A stretch of 64,000 nt of DNA from an uncultured delta proteobacterium. GTDB lineage: Bacteria > Desulfobacterota > Desulfobaccia > Desulfobaccales > 0-14-0-80-60-11. The notes beneath the pieces were generated by a model that did not search any database, was not told where the DNA came from, and worked only from the letters and a program-made list of their open reading frames with translations. The stretch's first letter is position 1. The number at the start of each line of letters is the position of its first letter. The translations under genes were made by a program, and so were the position numbers. The stretch covers positions 34,979-98,978 of the forward strand of contig CAWIDL010000032.1 of assembly GCA_963834795.1 (NCBI GenBank), given 5' to 3'. Shown here piece after piece: positions 49,974-59,574 of this stretch.

Positions 49974-50309
49974 TTACCCCCTTTTTTCTATTTCCGCCAA
50001 ATACTCGGCATATAGATCCACGTCGCCGCTCCTGGCCAGCTGTCGGTCTTCATAAGGGACCGCCAGCCTCCGATAAAATTCCTGACCGAGGTTGGTGAAG
50101 ATACCGCTGAGCATGGCGATCAGCCAGTAGCGCATCCCGCCGCAGCGGCGGCGAACGACCTGCAAGGCCAGGCGGGTGCAGGCGTAGTTCAACAGCCCGG
50201 CGAAGGCCCCCTCCCCGCCGTCCTCCCGGGCCAGCCGATTGATGCAGCCTGCCAGCTCATCGATCAGTCCATCACAGAGCTTTCTCTGTGCTGCCGGAAT
50301 GTAGGGCAT
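49974..50309 (-). CDS. Conserved hypothetical protein (MPYI...LNY..TRL...EFYRR...PYED..GDV family)
   Basis: CAGGAGG RBS; pattern resembles a small family (DUF6899-like) often seen in phage genomes, from recall. Confidence 0.7.
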   Translation of the reverse strand: MPYIPAAQRKLCDGLIDELAGCINRLAREDGGEGAFAGLLNYACTRLALQVVRRRCGGMRYWLIAMLSGIFTNLGQEFYRRLAVPYEDRQLARSGDVDLYAEYLAEIEKRG

Positions 50310-50701
50310 GACGGCTTCCTCCTGGGTTTTTTGGTTAGCGCGGGCAAGGCCGCCTTTGGTTTACGGTTAATTTGCCGTGCCGCTTTAATGAGCGGCTAGT
50401 GTTGTGCTCCGCAAATAGTATGGCATTAAATCAAGTGAAAACCTAAGTCCAAAGGGTATTAAAGTCCCCCTTTGGAAAAGGGAGATTTCGGGAGGTTATT
50501 TTAAATCCCCCCTGCCCCCCTTTTTCAAAGGGAGGTTAAAAAACCGTGGTTTGAAATCTCATAGCAATTATGAAGTTTCACACTAGTGCCCACCCCTTAC
50601 CAGACCTCACCTGGCCCCTCACCCTTGACCTTTGCCCTGGCAGAGGTTATAAAATTTTTGTCAGGGTTAGGGAACCCTTCCTGGCGACCAGAGTAATAAG
50701 T

Positions 50702-50779
50702 GCGCCCGTAGCTCAGCCCGGATAGAGCAACGGACTACGAATCCGTGTGTCGGAGGTTCGAATCCTCTCGGGCGCGCCA
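50702..50779 (+). tRNA. tRNA-Arg (anticodon ACG)
   Basis: GCGCCCG acceptor stem, ACGGA-CT ACG AA-TCCGT anticodon arm, GGTTCGAATCC, encoded CCA. Confidence 0.97.
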
Positions 50780-50873
50780 ATGATTCGTCTGCCCCCACTT
50801 TAGTAAAGATGGGGGGATGCGAATTATCCTGCCATCCCTTCTCCCCCACGGGAGAGCCTTAGGGGGAGATGAT

Positions 50874-52238
50874 ATGGAGTCTTATAAAATCCACTTGAGC
50901 GAGCAGGAGATGCCCCAGGAGTGGTATAATCTCTTGCCGGATCTGCCCGCGCCCCTGCCGCCCTATCTCCATCCGGGCACCGGCGAGCCCATCGGGCCCC
51001 AGGACCTCGCCGCCATCTTTCCCATGGAACTCATTCAGCAGGAAGTGAGCCCCGCGCGTTGGATCCCCATTCCCGACGAAGTGCGGCGCATCTATCATTT
51101 ATGGCGGCCCAGCCCGCTGCACCGGGCCCGCAATCTGGAAGCCGCCCTGGGCACCCCGGCCCGCATCTATTATAAGAACGAGTCCGTGAGCCCCGCCGGC
51201 AGTCATAAACCCAATACCGCCGTGGCCCAGGCTTATTACAACAAGGCCGCGGGCATCAAACGGCTGGCCACCGAAACCGGCGCCGGGCAATGGGGCAGCG
51301 CCCTGGCCCTGGCCTGCAACCTTTTCGGACTGGAATGCACGGTGTACATGGTCAAGGTGAGCTATCAGCAGAAGCCTTACCGCCGCTCCCTGATGCATAT
51401 CTGGGGGGCCAGCGTCTACCCGTCCCCCACGGACCGCACCCAGGCGGGCCGCCAGATCCTGGCCCGGGACCCGGAAACCCCGGGCAGCCTGGGGATGGCG
51501 ATCTCCGAAGCGGTGGAAGACGCCGCCAGCCACGCCGATACCAACTACTCCCTGGGCAGCGTCCTCAATCACGTCCTGCTGCACCAGACCATCGTCGGCC
51601 TGGAGACCAAAAAGCAACTGGCCCTGGCCGGCGAAGAGCCGGATATCCTCATCGGCTGCGTGGGTGGGGGCAGCAACTTCGCGGGCTTCTGCTTTCCCTT
51701 TGTCCGGGGTAAACTGCAGGGCAAGGACCGGCGCTTCATTGCGGTGGAGCCCACCGCCTGCCCCACCCTCACCAGGGGAACTTACACCTACGACTTCGGA
51801 GACACGGCCGGCCTCACCCCCCTGATCATGATGTACACCCTGGGGCACTCCTTTGTGCCTTCGGGCATCCATGCCGGCGGCTTGCGGTATCACGGCGACG
51901 CGCCTTTGCTCTGCCTGCTGGTGCACGAAAAGGTCATCGAAGCCCGGGCCTATCCCCAGAACCTCGTGTTTGAGGCGGCGCGCCTCTTCGCCGAAACCGA
52001 GGGCCTTATCCCGGCGCCGGAGACGGCCCACGCCATCAAGGCGGCGGTGGACGAAGCGCGGGTGTGCAAGGAGACCAACCGGCCTAAATGCATTGTCCTC
52101 AATTTCTCGGGCCACGGCCACTTCGACCTGGCGGCCTACGACGCTTACCTGGAAGGGCAACTGCAAGATATCGAGCTGGACCCCGATGCCATGATCCAAA
52201 AGGCCCTGACGGAGCTGCCCAAACTGCCGGGGAAATAA
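50874..52238 (+). CDS. trpB2: TrpB2-type PLP enzyme (tryptophan synthase beta-like, stand-alone)
   Basis: [59 protein letters not shown]; no trpA nearby. Confidence 0.93.
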   Translation: MESYKIHLSEQEMPQEWYNLLPDLPAPLPPYLHPGTGEPIGPQDLAAIFPMELIQQEVSPARWIPIPDEVRRIYHLWRPSPLHRARNLEAALGTPARIYYKNESVSPAGSHKPNTAVAQAYYNKAAGIKRLATETGAGQWGSALALACNLFGLECTVYMVKVSYQQKPYRRSLMHIWGASVYPSPTDRTQAGRQILARDPETPGSLGMAISEAVEDAASHADTNYSLGSVLNHVLLHQTIVGLETKKQLALAGEEPDILIGCVGGGSNFAGFCFPFVRGKLQGKDRRFIAVEPTACPTLTRGTYTYDFGDTAGLTPLIMMYTLGHSFVPSGIHAGGLRYHGDAPLLCLLVHEKVIEARAYPQNLVFEAARLFAETEGLIPAPETAHAIKAAVDEARVCKETNRPKCIVLNFSGHGHFDLAAYDAYLEGQLQDIELDPDAMIQKALTELPKLPGK

Positions 52239-53014
52239 GCCTGCCCCGACACCGGATGCGGTGGAAAGTGGGCAAACCTCTCGTCCGCGCGGGCGCACCC
52301 AAAAATTTACGAGCTTGGGTCTCTGACCCACACTTTTATTTTTCGGGGCCGGCCGGGTATCCTGCCCTTGCCCGGGCCAACCCCAGGTAACCACCGTGAA
52401 AAACCAAGGGTTTCCTGAATAGAATCGAATATATTTGGGCCTAGCCCCGATAATCGGCGGCCACAGACCGCCCTATTCTCCGGTTTTCGGTTTTCGGTTT
52501 TCGGTAGGGGGTTCTGGTCCGGTTTGCGGGCAGATGAACATTTTTCTGGTGGCACAGGCGTCTCGCCTGTGCGGCGCAGTCTAAAGCTTTAGGTAAAAGG
52601 GCCTTTAGTGGCACAGGATTTTAGAAGACTGTTTTCTGTCTCTGCTAGGGGGCCTCTGATTTTGCCTTTGACTTCACAGAAAACCGAAAACAGATAACAG
52701 CTCCCAGGGCGGGCTGTGCCGCCACCTTAACCAGTGCTACTTAGGCGCCGGGTCCATATCTGGCGCCTTTCTCACCTAAAGACTTCCCCCAGGCCACCCG
52801 ATTTTCTCTAAATTCCCCTGGCGCCCAGGAAAATTCTGGTATCCCTCTTGCAATACGTTTGACAATAATTTTCTTATCCGCCAAGATTTTTTGCCGATTC
52901 TATGGTTAGCGGCTCAGATATTCAATAACAGATAACTATCGGGTAGACGGTCTGGTGTTTAAACGGGCCGATGGAGCAGGCTGATCCATTTCCCGGTGCT
53001 CTTAAGGATCTTCA

Positions 53015-55540
53015 ATGGTGCAAACGAATCTGGAAGTCGGCTATGGAATGGCCAAGGGAAAGGATGCCCTAGCGGTTGGCAAAAAAGCCGCCCGCCAGGC
53101 CCTGGAGGCCATCAAGGAACACCCCCTTTCCCTGGTCCAGGTGTTCGCTTCGCCCCACTATGACCCGGAGGCTTTGCTCCGGGGGATCCGCCAGGTGGTA
53201 GGCCCGGCGCCGCTGATTGGCGCCAGCGCCGCCGGAGAGATCTGCAACGGCGTCCAGCGCCGGGCGGTGGTGGTGTTGGCGCTGGCCTCCCCTTATCTTC
53301 AAGTGAAGGTGGCAGTGGGCCGCGGGGTCTCCCAGGACTGGCAGCGGGCGGTGATTGAGGCGATCGCCGCTCCGGAAATCGCCCCCTATTTCTCCGGCCC
53401 GGAGAACGGCATTGGGTCGCTGCTGAGCTGCCAGGGCGAGTCGGCCTTCGCGCTGCTGTTTTCCCCGGGCGCCACCCACACTGCCGATTCCCGCAGCTTC
53501 CAGATCCTGGAAACCCTCGAGCGCCTCTCCAAGGGACGGCTCCCCATCATGGGGGGCAACGCCGCGGATGATTGGGGCCTGGAAGGCAATTACGTCTTTT
53601 CGGGCGCCGAGGTTTACCACGACAGCATTCTGGTGGCGGTCTTTGAGACCAGCCTGACCTTCGGCATCTCCCTGGCCCACGGCTTCCGGCCCACCTCCCC
53701 CCGGGCCACGGTCACCCTGGCCCGGGGCCTGGAGGTCCTGGAATTGGACGGCCAGCCGGCCGCCGACGTCTATTGCCGCATGCTGCAGCTCCCCCGGGAT
53801 GCCCTGGCCGGGAAGCACCTGGCCCTGACCACCGGGCGGCCCCTGGGGATCCTTGATCCTTCCGGCCAGATCAACGTGGCCACCTGCTTTACCGATTGCG
53901 GCGGGGTGCGCTTCACTCAGCCGCCGCCCGAGGCCGCCTGCTTGACCTTGATGCCAGCCGCTCACGACCACCCGGTGGCGGCCGGCGGCGAAGCCCTGCG
54001 CAAGGCCCTGCTGCGCGGCTCCATCATGGACCCGGGGCTGGCCCTGGTCTTTTCCTGTGCCCTCAGGAGCCGCACTTTGGGGTCCCGCCTCGGCGAGGAG
54101 ATCTCCGGCATGATGGAGCTGGCCCCCCAGGTCCCCATGGTGGGTTTTTACAGTTGCGCCGGACAGGGATTGGCCGACGACGGGGTCAACCGCCACCATA
54201 ATGAGGTGATCGCCGTACTGGCCCTGGGTCGTGATCTCTCCCAGGCCGCCCAGATGGCCTTGGAAAACGAATCCCTGCGCGCCGCCCTTCGACGCCAGGA
54301 CATCGTTGTCGAAATCGATGAGCGAATGGCGCGTGCAGTTGCCGAGCGGCGGCAGGTCGAGGAAAAGATGGGAAAGAGCGAGGCATTAGAGCAACTGCTG
54401 CAATCCCAGAGAATGGAGGCGGTAGGAAGGTTGGCGAGCGGAGTGGCCCATGACTTCAACAACATGTTGACTGCCATCATGGGCTACAGTGAGATCGTCA
54501 TGATGTCTTTCCAGGAGGAAGATCCCATCTTCCACCACCTGGAAGGAATCACTAAATCGGCGGAGCGGGCCGCCACCCTGACCCGCCAACTCCTGGCCTT
54601 CAGCCGCAAGCAATTGCTGCAGCCCCGGGTGACCAACCTCAATACGGTGATCACCAACCTGGAGGCGATGCTGCGCCGGCTCATCGGCGAAGACATCAAC
54701 CTGGTCATCCTTCTCGACCAGGCCCTGAAGGCGGTGAAGGCCGATCCGGGCCAGTTCGAACAGGTCATCATGAACCTGGTGATCAATGCCCGGGACGCTA
54801 TGCCCAGGGGAGGCAAAATCATCGTGCAGACGGCCAACGTCTATGTGAACGAAACCTTTACCCGCCGCCACCCCGAGCTCCAGCCCGGTCCTTATATCCA
54901 GGTTTCGGTGATCGACCACGGCCTGGGCATGGACCCGGAAACCCTGGCTCATATCTTCGATCCCTTCTTTACCACCAAGGTGTCCGGCAAGGGTACCGGA
55001 CTGGGGCTTGCCACCGTCTACGGGATCATCAAGCAGAGCGGCGGCCACATCGAGGTCTCCAGCCAGCCGGAAGGGGGCACGGTCTTCGAGATCTACCTGC
55101 CGCAGATTGAAGATTCCCTGGAGGAATCTTCGGAGCAGTGCGTCTCCGGCGTCACCCGCCAGGGCAGCGAAACCGTTCTGGTGGTGGAAGATGAGGAGCT
55201 TCTCCTGCCATTGATCCAGGAGGCCCTGGAGATGCACGGCTATCACGTGCTGACGGCCCGCAACGCCACGGAGGCCCTGGAACTGGTCAAAGGTCATGCC
55301 GCCCCCATCCACCTGTTGTTGACGGACGTGGTGATGCCCCACAAGAGCGGCCGGGAATTGGCCGAACTCCTATCGCCGCTGCACCCGGAAATGAAGATCC
55401 TCTTTATGTCGGGTTATACGGAGGACTCCATGGTGATTCGCGGCTTGCTGAATGCGGCTCTGCCCTTTATCCAGAAACCTTTTCCGCCCATGGACCTGGT
55501 GTGTAAGGTCCGGGAGATGATAGATGGCCCAGGGAGTTAG
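53015..55540 (+). CDS. Hybrid sensor histidine kinase: FIST-N/FIST-C + HisKA + HATPase + receiver
   Basis: PLIGASAAGEI, GGNAADD, FSCALR, VGFYSCAGQ (FIST); AHDFNN, NLVINARDAMP, FFTTK, GTGLGLA; LLLTDVVMP, KPF. Confidence 0.92.
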   Translation: MVQTNLEVGYGMAKGKDALAVGKKAARQALEAIKEHPLSLVQVFASPHYDPEALLRGIRQVVGPAPLIGASAAGEICNGVQRRAVVVLALASPYLQVKVAVGRGVSQDWQRAVIEAIAAPEIAPYFSGPENGIGSLLSCQGESAFALLFSPGATHTADSRSFQILETLERLSKGRLPIMGGNAADDWGLEGNYVFSGAEVYHDSILVAVFETSLTFGISLAHGFRPTSPRATVTLARGLEVLELDGQPAADVYCRMLQLPRDALAGKHLALTTGRPLGILDPSGQINVATCFTDCGGVRFTQPPPEAACLTLMPAAHDHPVAAGGEALRKALLRGSIMDPGLALVFSCALRSRTLGSRLGEEISGMMELAPQVPMVGFYSCAGQGLADDGVNRHHNEVIAVLALGRDLSQAAQMALENESLRAALRRQDIVVEIDERMARAVAERRQVEEKMGKSEALEQLLQSQRMEAVGRLASGVAHDFNNMLTAIMGYSEIVMMSFQEEDPIFHHLEGITKSAERAATLTRQLLAFSRKQLLQPRVTNLNTVITNLEAMLRRLIGEDINLVILLDQALKAVKADPGQFEQVIMNLVINARDAMPRGGKIIVQTANVYVNETFTRRHPELQPGPYIQVSVIDHGLGMDPETLAHIFDPFFTTKVSGKGTGLGLATVYGIIKQSGGHIEVSSQPEGGTVFEIYLPQIEDSLEESSEQCVSGVTRQGSETVLVVEDEELLLPLIQEALEMHGYHVLTARNATEALELVKGHAAPIHLLLTDVVMPHKSGRELAELLSPLHPEMKILFMSGYTEDSMVIRGLLNAALPFIQKPFPPMDLVCKVREMIDGPGS

Positions 55541-55646
55541 CAAGGTTATAGAAGCCAACCGGAACCCCAAGCAATCCTGGGTAGCATGGGATGCTGATCG
55601 GCAGAAAAGCGGCAGGTCAGGAGACTCGCTGGTGGAAAGACCACCT

Positions 55647-57065
55647 ATGGCAAGAGTTTTGATCATCGACGACGACCAGATGTTCGGAGAGATGCTCTCC
55701 GAAATGGTGCAAACCCTGGGCCAGGAGAGCCTTTGCGCCCCAACCCTGGCGGAAGGTTTGCGGCTGGCCACCACCGGGGCCTTCGACGTGGTCTTTCTCG
55801 ATGTGCGCATGCCCGACGGCAGCGGGTTGGAGATCTTGCCGCAGGTGCGGCAAACTTCCTCCGCTCCCGAGGTCATCGTTATCACCGGGGCCGGCGATCC
55901 CGATGGGGCCGAACTGGCCATCCTCAAGGGCGCCTGGGATTACATCGAAAAGCAGTCCTCCCTTAAACAAATCTCCCTGCCTTTGGTCCGAGCCTTGCAG
56001 TACCGGCAGGAGAAACGGCTCAAAAAACCGTCGGTGGCTTTAAAGTTGGAAGGAATTGTGGGACAAAGCCCGCAGATGCGGGCCTGCTATGATTTAGTGG
56101 CCCAGGCCGCCGACAGCGACGCCAATGTGCTGATCTACGGCGAGACCGGCACTGGCAAGGAGCTGTTCGCCCAGGCGATCCACCACAACAGCCACAGGTC
56201 CGACAAAGGTTTTGTGGTAGTGGATTGCGCCGCCCTCCCGTCCTCCCTGGTGGAGAGCGCCCTCTTCGGACATGAAAAGGGGGCTTTTACCAGCGCCGAT
56301 CGCTCCCAGGTGGGCCTGATTAAGCAAGCGGATGGCGGTACCCTGTTTCTGGATGAGGTGGGCGAACTCCCCATAGAGATACAAAAGGCCTTTTTGCGGG
56401 TGCTGCAGGAACGGCGCTTTCGACCCGTGGGCAGCAGATTTGAGACCGAGAGCGATTTCCGCCTGGTGGCCGCCACCAATCGCGACCTCGATGAACTGGC
56501 CGACAAAGGCCTGTTTCGCCGTGACCTGCTTTTCCGTTTGCGAGCCATCACCCTGGATTTGCCGCCTTTGCGCCACCACTCTGGCGATCTAAAGGATCTG
56601 ACCCTGTTCCATACCGCGCGCATTTGCGAAAAATGGGGCATCGGACCCAAGGGCTTTGCCCCGGAATTTCTGGAGGCCCTCCTGGCCCATGATTGGCCGG
56701 GAAATATTCGGGAACTGTTCAATACCCTGGACCGTGCTTTGGCTGAGTCACGTTATGAACCCAACTTATTTCCCAAGCACCTGCCCAGCCAAATCCGCAT
56801 CAAGGTAGCCCGGGCCGCGGTGGCCAAGGAACCCTCCGCCGACGCCGCTGGCGGGAACGGCACTGGAGAAAGGGCCGCGTCCAAGACCCTGCCCAGACTG
56901 CATGATTTCCGCCAAACGGCCATCGAGGAAGCGGAAAAATACTACCTGTTCGATCTGATGTCCCGGACGGCGGGCAATGTCCAGGAGGCCTGCCGCATCT
57001 CCGAATTATCCCTGCCCCGCCTTTACGCCCTCTTAAAGAAAAACGGCATTTCCAGAAGGCCATAA
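55647..57065 (+). CDS. Sigma54-dependent response regulator (NtrC family)
   Basis: VLIIDDD, LDVRMPD, GETGTGKE, GAFTSA, FLDEVGE, WPGNIREL, C-terminal HTH. Confidence 0.95.
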   Translation: MARVLIIDDDQMFGEMLSEMVQTLGQESLCAPTLAEGLRLATTGAFDVVFLDVRMPDGSGLEILPQVRQTSSAPEVIVITGAGDPDGAELAILKGAWDYIEKQSSLKQISLPLVRALQYRQEKRLKKPSVALKLEGIVGQSPQMRACYDLVAQAADSDANVLIYGETGTGKELFAQAIHHNSHRSDKGFVVVDCAALPSSLVESALFGHEKGAFTSADRSQVGLIKQADGGTLFLDEVGELPIEIQKAFLRVLQERRFRPVGSRFETESDFRLVAATNRDLDELADKGLFRRDLLFRLRAITLDLPPLRHHSGDLKDLTLFHTARICEKWGIGPKGFAPEFLEALLAHDWPGNIRELFNTLDRALAESRYEPNLFPKHLPSQIRIKVARAAVAKEPSADAAGGNGTGERAASKTLPRLHDFRQTAIEEAEKYYLFDLMSRTAGNVQEACRISELSLPRLYALLKKNGISRRP

Positions 57066-57085
57066 GCGGACTTCCAGGGGACCTT

Positions 57086-57123
57086 CCCGCCCTGCCGGCT
57101 CCGGCGGGGCGGACTTTTTTTTT
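57086..57123 (+). terminator. Intrinsic terminator after the sigma54 regulator
   Basis: CCGCCCTGCCGG-ct-CCGGCGGGGCGG followed by T9. Confidence 0.85.
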
Positions 57124-57322
57124 GGAGTTTCCGGTTTCCGGTTTTCGGTTTGGAGAATCGTCGCTTGCCCTCCCGGCGCCGTGGCGCCAGGGCCGGTGAG
57201 AAACCTTCCTCCGCCACATAAATGGCATTCTTTCCAGCTGGCGCCAGCTGGCGCCAATCTTCGGCATGTATTTTGTAACACTCAGGTTAAAGACAAAAGT
57301 TCAATGAGGATGGTACCTACTT

Positions 57323-57505
57323 ATGGAACCCAAACCAAAGAGGCCAGCGCTTCCGGACCTGCAGGCGTTGATGGACTCACCCTTGTATTGGACGATGAAA
57401 GTCAAAGACAGGTTGGCCCTGGTTCGACATAAGGCGAGCTCCCGCGGTGATGGGGTCGCCACTTTGCGGCAAAGGATCCTGGCCTGGATCAAGACGGGGT
57501 TATGA
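57323..57505 (+). CDS. Possible 60-aa hypothetical protein
   Basis: ORF with GAGGA upstream and a helical-looking sequence; no family recognised. Confidence 0.35.
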   Translation: MEPKPKRPALPDLQALMDSPLYWTMKVKDRLALVRHKASSRGDGVATLRQRILAWIKTGL

Positions 57506-57907
57506 GCCAGGATAACTCTTGACGATATTTGAGAAATTAAACCTGAAATCCCCTTAGCCGGTTGTTGGCAAACTGTCCCCTGGCCTGGAATGTTCCCATT
57601 TCGGGAGTTTTTCCACCACCTGCTATCTTCTTCTTCACCTCCTCCCAAATCCTCCGCAAGGCTGCCGGGTCTCCAAGGGCCGGCATTCTCAATTCATGAG
57701 AAATTTCTCATTCCCCAAGAATTTCTCTCTATTTCAGTTGACGGGTTTGGCCCGAATTATCGAGTCCTGTGGATAACTATTGGATATTTTAATTAATTTA
57801 GAATAATCGGGGTTTGGCATATTTATTATTGATGGTAACCATATCGAAGCTCGCCAGTAATGCTCCCAGGAATCGTATTTCTCCCGGGAGAACGGAAAGG
57901 AGGGACG

Positions 57908-58059
57908 TTGTCAAAAATTTTCCGGAATGAGGAGAGAGCGAGCGCCGTGGAATACGGGTTGTTGCCAGCCCTGGTCGCCGTAGTGATCATCACCGCGGTG
58001 ACTACCCTGGGACCAACTTGAGCGGTTAATTCAATACGGCAGCCGTTGCCTCCTGATAG
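57908..58059 (+). pseudogene. Degenerate Flp pilin copy 1
   Basis: KIFRNEERASAVEYGLLPALVAVVIITAVTTLG, then a 1-nt deletion (TGA 58019) and a further TAA in the restored frame. Confidence 0.85.
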
Positions 58060-58145
58060 TTGCAGCGGCCAGGGGTCAACGGCGGGGGGTAACCCCACCA
58101 AACCAAGGCGGCGATCGCCTTGTAACCTGAGAGGAGAGTATCCAA

Positions 58146-58316
58146 ATGGCAACAATCAAGCGGTTTATGAAGGATGAGTCCGGAGCCACCGCCGTGGAAT
58201 ACGGCCTGCTGGTAGCCCTGATCGCGGTGGTGATCATCACCGCGGTCACCACCCTGGGCAGCAACCTGAGCGCCAAGTTCAACACGGTAGCCACTCAAAT
58301 CGCCAACGCCAGTTAA
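58146..58316 (+). CDS. flp: Flp (type IVb/c) pilin, intact, 56 aa
   Basis: MATIKRFMKDESG/ATAVEYGLLVALIAVVIITAVTTLGSNLSAKFNTVATQIANAS; GAGGAG RBS. Confidence 0.95.
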   Translation: MATIKRFMKDESGATAVEYGLLVALIAVVIITAVTTLGSNLSAKFNTVATQIANAS

Positions 58317-58358
58317 TCTAGACCTCCAGGGGACTACACCCTGTAAGGAGGTCTGCTC

Positions 58359-58499
58359 AGGGAGAGGGTCGAGCGGTTTTTCCGTGAAGAATCCGGGGAG
58401 CCAGCGCGGTGGAGTACGGCCTGCTGGTGGCCTTGATTCACCCTGGGCGCTAACCTGAGCAGCAAGTTCAACAGCGCTGCCACCCGTGTGGGAACGTAA
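58359..58499 (+). pseudogene. Degenerate Flp pilin copy 3
   Basis: RFFREESG(+1 G)ASAVEYGLLVALI[about 26-nt deletion]TLGANLSSKFNSAATRVGT; AAGGAGG RBS but no ATG. Confidence 0.85.
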
Positions 58500-58724
58500 T
58501 GCGTGGCTCGCATGATCAGACTGTCCCGGGTCCTGGGGATCAGTCCTCCGGACCCGGCCTCCCCTCCGCCGCCTCGCCTAGGAAGAATAGGCGAAGGAGC
58601 GAGGGAAGGGACCTGTAGACCATAAGCCTTGACGGGCGAGAGGATCACGGCTGCCGCCTTTGGAGCTTAACCATCATTGGCGCCCGAGTCACCCTGGCGG
58701 CGAACCGGGTAAAAGGAACCGATC

Positions 58725-59523
58725 ATGAATTTATCTAAGGGGACCATCTTTATGGCGATTTCCGGGTTGGTGGGACTGGCCGCCATGTATTCAGTCCATC
58801 ACTATATTTCCGCTCAAACCCAGGTGGCCGCCAAATCGGTGGGCCAGGTGATGGTCGCCGCCGCGGACATCTCCCCCGGCGCCATCATCACCAAGGCGAT
58901 GGTGAAGAGCGCTACCTGGCCTCGGGAATTGATTCCTCCCAAGGCCGCCGGCAACCCGGTCCAACTAGAGGGCCGCAGCATTAACACGCCCGTGAGCGCC
59001 GGAGAGCCCATCTTGCTCACCAGGCTAACCCCGGGAGGGGGCTGCCGCCGGTTTAGCGGGCCTGCTGACTGAGGGGAAGCGGGCTCTCTCGGTGCGGGTC
59101 GATGATGTTTCGGGGGTGGCCGGCTTCATCCATCCCGGCGATCATGTGGATGTCCTGATGGAAATGGCCAAGCCCGGTTCCACGGACCATTTTTCCAAAA
59201 CCATCCTGCAAAATATCGTGGTTTTGAGCGCCGGCCAAACCTGGGAGCAGGGTCGGGATGAAAAGCCCGCGGTGGTAAACACCGTAACCCTGGTTTTGAC
59301 CACGGCACAGGCGGAGATCATGAACCTGGCCAGCAATCAGGGCAAGATCCGCCTGGCCTTGAGAAACCGCAACGATGTGGCAGAGCTGGCGACCCGAGGA
59401 GTGGATACCTCGAATCTCTTCGGCTCCGACAGCGAAAAGAAGGAGGCTCCCAAGGGGGCGACTCCCAACCGGAAGAATGTGGAAGTGATCAAAGGGCTGG
59501 CGCGTTCCCGGGTCAATCTTTAG
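58725..59523 (+). pseudogene. cpaB: Flp pilus assembly protein CpaB/RcpC, frameshifted near 59030-59041
   Basis: SAF domain (VMVAAADISPG...GEPIL) in one frame; KRALSVRVDDVSGVAGFIHPGDHVDV...TVTLVLT...GKIRLALRN in another; extra base in CCGGGAGGGGG. Confidence 0.85.
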
Positions 59524-59574
59524 TTTTCCGGTAGCCTCACTACGCTGAGGCTGTTGCCAAGAAACCAAGAGACG

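Noticed and set aside
50702-50830. tRNA-Arg as a prophage or island attachment site
   Set aside because: No integrase and no duplicated tRNA 3' end seen in the window; only a hairpin follows.
50874-52238. Tryptophan biosynthesis operon
   Set aside because: Stand-alone TrpB2 with no trpA or other trp genes; ordinary for this group.
57812-57832. Sigma54 promoter TTGGCATATTTATTAT upstream of flp copy 1
   Set aside because: Good -24 element but no TTGC at -12.
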